DNA of 64,000 nt from Yuukianura sp. NJ FZ-2021 (Eukaryota): assembly GCA_046563655.1 (NCBI GenBank), contig CM102286.1, positions 2,294,001-2,358,000 of the forward strand. Direction: 5' to 3'. Under the pieces are notes generated by a model. The model was not told the DNA's origin, ran no database searches, and worked only from the letters and a program-made list of their open reading frames with translations. The position numbers and the translations under genes are program-made. The first letter of the stretch is position 1; each line of letters opens with the position of its first letter. This document shows, piece after piece, positions 59,401-64,000 of the stretch.

Positions 59401-62400
59401 CAACATAGTCAGAGCACAGCATAGTTAAGAGCTCAAGGTGCACAACATTTTTATGGAAACGGTTTTTTCACATTTGGTGCAATTGTGCACAAAAAGGCCC
59501 CACATCTGAACTGAAAATTATGAGCGACGTTTCGTTGCTTAAATCTCGTGAAAAAGGCTTCCTAATATTTTCCTTGAACCGGTTTACGGACAGCCGGTCT
59601 AGAAGCCGTATCAATTGTCAACGCCCTTCAGAAGAAAAATGCTCAACCCTTGAGCATCACCCTACCTTGTTCTGAAGTGTGAAAGTGGCTTTAGTGAAAA
59701 AATCTCAAATGACGCATTTTTTGAAGTGTGAAGGTGGCTTTAGTGAAAAAATCTCAAATGACGCATTTTTTGAAGTGTGAAGGTGGCTTTAGTGAAAAAA
59801 TCTCAAATGACGCATTTTTTGAAGTGTGAAGGTGGCTTTAGTGAAAAAATCTCAAATGACGCATTTTTTGAAGTGTGAAAGTGGCTTTAGTGAAAAAATC
59901 TCAAATGACACATTTCTTGAAGTGTGAAAGTGGCTTTAGTGAAACTAAACGGGTTGCAGCTTAAAGGCTAACACAAACAACAGCATCAACATAGGCTAAC
60001 CATAGCCATAACATAGCAACAACATAGGTTAAACATAGCCATAACATAGCAACAACATTGGCTGAACATAGCCATAACATAGCGACAACATTGGCTATAC
60101 ATAGCCATAACATAGCAACAACATAGCCACAACATAGTCACAACATAGTCACAACATAGCAACAACATTGGCTAAACATAGCCATAACATAGCAACAACA
60201 TTGGCTATACATACCCATAACATAGCAACAACATTGGCTGAACATAGCCATAACATAGCAACAACATAGCCACAACATAGTCACAACATAGTCTAAACAC
60301 AGCCACAACATAGTCAGAGCACAGCTTAGTTAAGAGCTCAAGGTGCACAACATTTTTATGGAAACGGTTTTTTCACATTTGGTGCAATTGTGCACAAAAA
60401 GGCCCCACATCTGAACTGAAAATTATGAGCGACGTTTCGTTGCTTAAATCTCGTGAAAAAGGCTTCCTAATATTTTCCTTGAACCGGTTTACGGACAGCC
60501 GGTCTAGAAGCCGTATCAATTGTCAACGCCCTTCAGAAGAAAAATGCTCAACCCTTGAGCATCACCCTACCTTGTTCTGAAGTGTGAAAGTGGCTTTAGT
60601 GAAAAAATCTCAAATGACGCATTTTTTGAAGTGTGAAGGTGGCTTTAGTGAAAAAATCTCAAATGACGCATTTTTTGAAGTGTGAAGGTGGCTTTAGTGA
60701 AAAAATCTCAAATGACGCATTTTTTGAAGTGTGAAAGTGGCTTTAGTGAAAAAATCTCAAATGACGCATTTTTTGAAGTGTGAAAGTGGCTTTAGTGAAA
60801 AAATCTCAAATGACACATTTCTTGAAGTGTGAAAGTGGCTTTAGTGAAAAAATCTCAAATGACGCATTTTTTGAAGTGTGAAAGTGGCTTTAGTGAAAAA
60901 ATCTCAAATGACACATTTCTTGAAGTGTGAAAGTGGCTTTAGTGAAACTAAACGGGTTGCAGCTTAAAGGCTAACACAAACAACAGCATCAACATAGGCT
61001 AACCATAGCCATAACATAGCAACAACATAGGTTAAACATAGCCATAACATAGCAACAACATTGGCTGAACATAGCCATAACATAGCAACAACATTGGCTG
61101 AACATAGCCATAACATAGCAACAACATAGCCACAACATAGTCACAACATAGTCACAACATAGTCTAAACACAGCCACAACATAGTCAGAGCACAGCATAG
61201 TTAAGAGCTCAAGGTGCACAACATTTTTATGGAAACGGTTTTTTCACATTTGGTGCAATTGTGCACAAAAAGGCCCCACATCTGAACTGAAAATTATGAG
61301 CGACGTTTCGTTGCTTAAATCTCGTGAAAAAGGCTTCCTAATATTTTCCTTGAACCGGTTTACGGACAGCCGGTCTAGAAGCCGTATCAATTGTCAACGC
61401 CCTTCAGAAGAAAAATGCTCAACCCTTGAGCATCACCCTACCTTGTTCTGAAGTGTGAAAGTGGCTTTAGTGAAAAAATCTCAAATGACGCATTTTTTGA
61501 AGTGTGAAGGTGGCTTTAGTGAAAAAATCTCAAATGACGCATTTTTTGAAGTGTGAAGGTGGCTTTAGTGAAAAAATCTCAAATGACGCATTTTTTGAAG
61601 TGTGAAAGTGGCTTTAGTGAAAAAATCTCAAATGACACATTTCTTGAAGTGTGAAAGTGGCTTTAGTGAAACTAAACGGGTTGCAGCTTAAAGGCTAACA
61701 CAAACAACAGCATCAACATAGGCTAACCATAGCCATAACATAGCAACAACATAGGTTAAACATAGCCATAACATAGCAACATTGGCTGAACATAGCCATA
61801 ACATAGCGACAACATTGGCTATACATAGCCATAACATAGCAACAACATAGCCACAACATAGTCACAACATAGTCACAACATAGCAACAACATTGGCTAAA
61901 CATAGCCATAACATAGCAACAACATTGGCTGAACATAGCCATAACATAGCAACAACATAGCCACAACATAGTCACAACATAGTCTAAACACAGCCACAAC
62001 ATAGTCAGAGCACAGCATAGTTAAGAGCTCAAGGTGCACAACATTTTTATGGAAACGGTTTTTTCACATTTGGTGCAATTGTGCACAAAAAGGCCCCACA
62101 TCTGAACTGAAAATTATGAGCGACGTTTCGTTGCTTAAATCTCGTGAAAAAGGCTTCCTAATATTTTCCTTGAACCGGTTTACGGACAGCCGGTCTAGAA
62201 GCCGTATCAATTGTCAACGCCCTTCAGAAGAAAAATGCTCAACCCTTGAGCATCACCCTACCTTGTTCTGAAGTGTGAAAGTGGCTTTAGTGAAAAAATC
62301 TCAAATGACGCATTTTTTGAAGTGTGAAGGTGGCTTTAGTGAAAAAATCTCAAATGACGCATTTTTTGAAGTGTGAAGGTGGCTTTAGTGAAAAAATCTC

Positions 62401-64000
62401 AAATGACGCATTTTTTGAAGTGTGAAAGTGGCTTTAGTGAAAAAATCTCAAATGACGCATTTTTTGAAGTGTGAAAGTGGCTTTAGTGAAAAAATCTCAA
62501 ATGACACATTTCTTGAAGCGTGAAAGTGGCTTTAGTGAAACTAAACGGGTTGCAGCTTAAAGGCTAACACAAACAACAGCATCAACATAGGCTAACCATA
62601 GCCATAACATAGCAACAACATAGGTTAAACATAGCCATAACATAGCAACAACATTGGCTGAACATAGCCATAACATAGCGACAACATTGGCTATACATAG
62701 CCATAACATAGCAACAACATAGCCACAACATAGTCACAACATAGTCACAACATAGCAACAACATTGGCTAAACATAGCCATAACATAGCAACAACATTGG
62801 CTATACATACCCATAACATAGCAACAACATTGGCTGAACATAGCCATAACATAGCAACAACATTGGCTGAACATAGCCATAACATAGCAACAACATTGGC
62901 TGAACATAGCCATAACATAGCAACAACATAGCCACAACATAGTCACAACATAGTCTAAACACAGCCACAACATAGTCAGAGCACAGCATAGTTAAGAGCT
63001 CAAGGTGCACAACATTTTTATGGAAACGGTTTTTTCACATTTGGTGCAATTGTGCACAAAAAGGCCCCACATCTGAACTGAAAATTATGAGCGACGTTTC
63101 GTTGCTTAAATCTCGTGAAAAAGGCTTCCTAATATTTTCCTTGAACCGGTTTACGGACAGCCGGTCTAGAAGCCGTATCAATTGTCAACGCCCTTCAGAA
63201 GAAAAATGCTCAACCCTTGAGCATCACCCTACCTTGTTCTGAAGTGTGAAAGTGGCTTTAGTGAAAAAATCTCAAATGACGCATTTTTTGAAGTGTGAAG
63301 GTGGCTTTAGTGAAAAAATCTCAAATGACGCATTTTTTGAAGTGTGAAGGTGGCTTTAGTGAAAAAATCTCAAATGACGCATTTTTTGAAGTGTGAAAGT
63401 GGCTTTAGTGAAAAAATCTCAAATGACACATTTCTTGAAGTGTGAAAGTGGCTTTAGTGAAACTAAACGGGTTGCAGCTTAAAGGCTAACACAAACAACA
63501 GCATCAACATAGGCTAACCATAGCCATAACATAGCAACAACATAGGTTAAACATAGCCATAACATAGCAACAACATAGGTTAAACATAGCCATAACATAG
63601 CAACAACATTGGCTGAACATAGCCATAACATAGCGACAACATTGGCTATACATAGCCATAACATAGCAACAACATAGCCACAACATAGTCACAACATAGC
63701 AACAACATTGGCTAAACATAGCCATAACATAGCAACAACATTGGCTATACATACCCATAACATAGCAACAACATTGGCTGAACATAGCCATAACATAGCA
63801 ACAACATTGGCTGAACATAGCCATAACATAGCAACAACATTGGCTGAACATAGCCATAACATAGCAACAACATAGCCACAACATAGTCACAACATAGTCT
63901 AAACACAGCCACAACATAGTCAGAGCACAGCATAGTTAAGAGCTCAAGGTGCACAACATTTTTATGGAAACGGTTTTTTCACATTTGGTGCAATTGTGCA
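56466..64000. repeat. Hierarchical tandem satellite, 820-971-bp higher-order units, running off the window
   Basis: Each unit has several copies of a 49-bp repeat (gaagtgtgaa[a/g]gtggctttagtgaaaaaatctcaaatgacgcatttttt), an array of 33-bp repeats built from 11-mers (aacatagccat / aacatagcaac / aacattggctg), and a ~260-bp non-repetitive spacer. The marker gagctcaaggtgc occurs at 57558, 58469, 59429, 60334, 61205, 62025, 62996 and 63940. Confidence 0.97.
56849..57349. mobile_element. MITE with ~65-bp TIRs and 8-bp TSD (P-superfamily-like CAAGG ends) inserted in the first satellite unit
   Basis: TIRs CAAGGCAACTAAACAAAATGACACACCGCATTATAAGGTAGTCTCACGAGCGGTTTTTTC... and the near-perfect reverse complement ending at 57349. 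Exact TSD GGCTATAC at 56841-56848 and 57350-57357. Confidence 0.88.

Noticed and set aside
56610..63954. Many Cys/Met-rich minus-strand ORFs (MLWLC..., CCCYVMAMFSQ)
   Set aside because: These are translations of the 33-bp satellite subrepeat. They are open only because the unit is a multiple of 3 and lacks stops.
56466..64000. CRISPR-like appearance of regularly spaced 49-bp and 33-bp repeats
   Set aside because: The repeats are contiguous with no unique spacers, the long spacer is the same in every unit, there are no cas genes, and the context is eukaryotic. It is a satellite.

Overview
Eukaryotic, AT-rich arthropod DNA with short introns. The gene style is compatible with a springtail-like hexapod, but the species cannot be established from the sequence. 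From left to right: a probable Q-rich terminal exon (799-1184), then four apparently intact multi-exon genes: HIF-alpha/sima (+, 6262-13173), seipin (-, 13971-15524), MRCK/genghis khan kinase (+, 17128-28661) and ARID4/hat-trick (+, 30528-37961). These are followed by a USP34/puffyeye copy (+, 39886-~56450) that is a decayed pseudogene, with frameshifts, a nonsense codon, deletions, a fold-back insertion and an out-of-order exon block. Its catalytic domain is split by a ~4.1 kb insertion encoding an apparently intact, 8-exon, ~840-aa IS630/Tc1/mariner transposase with DD91E spacing (Sailor-like), followed by the start of a second, unknown gene. From ~56466 to the window end the pseudogene is cut off by a three-level tandem satellite (11/33-bp and 49-bp subrepeats within 820-971-bp units). 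Several MITEs (hAT-like, P-like) are scattered through the window. The HIF-alpha is unusual in two ways: it has a duplicated exon carrying extra LAP motifs, and it lacks the FIH-target Asn. All exon models were derived by hand from splice signals and remembered homologue motifs; no database search was run.
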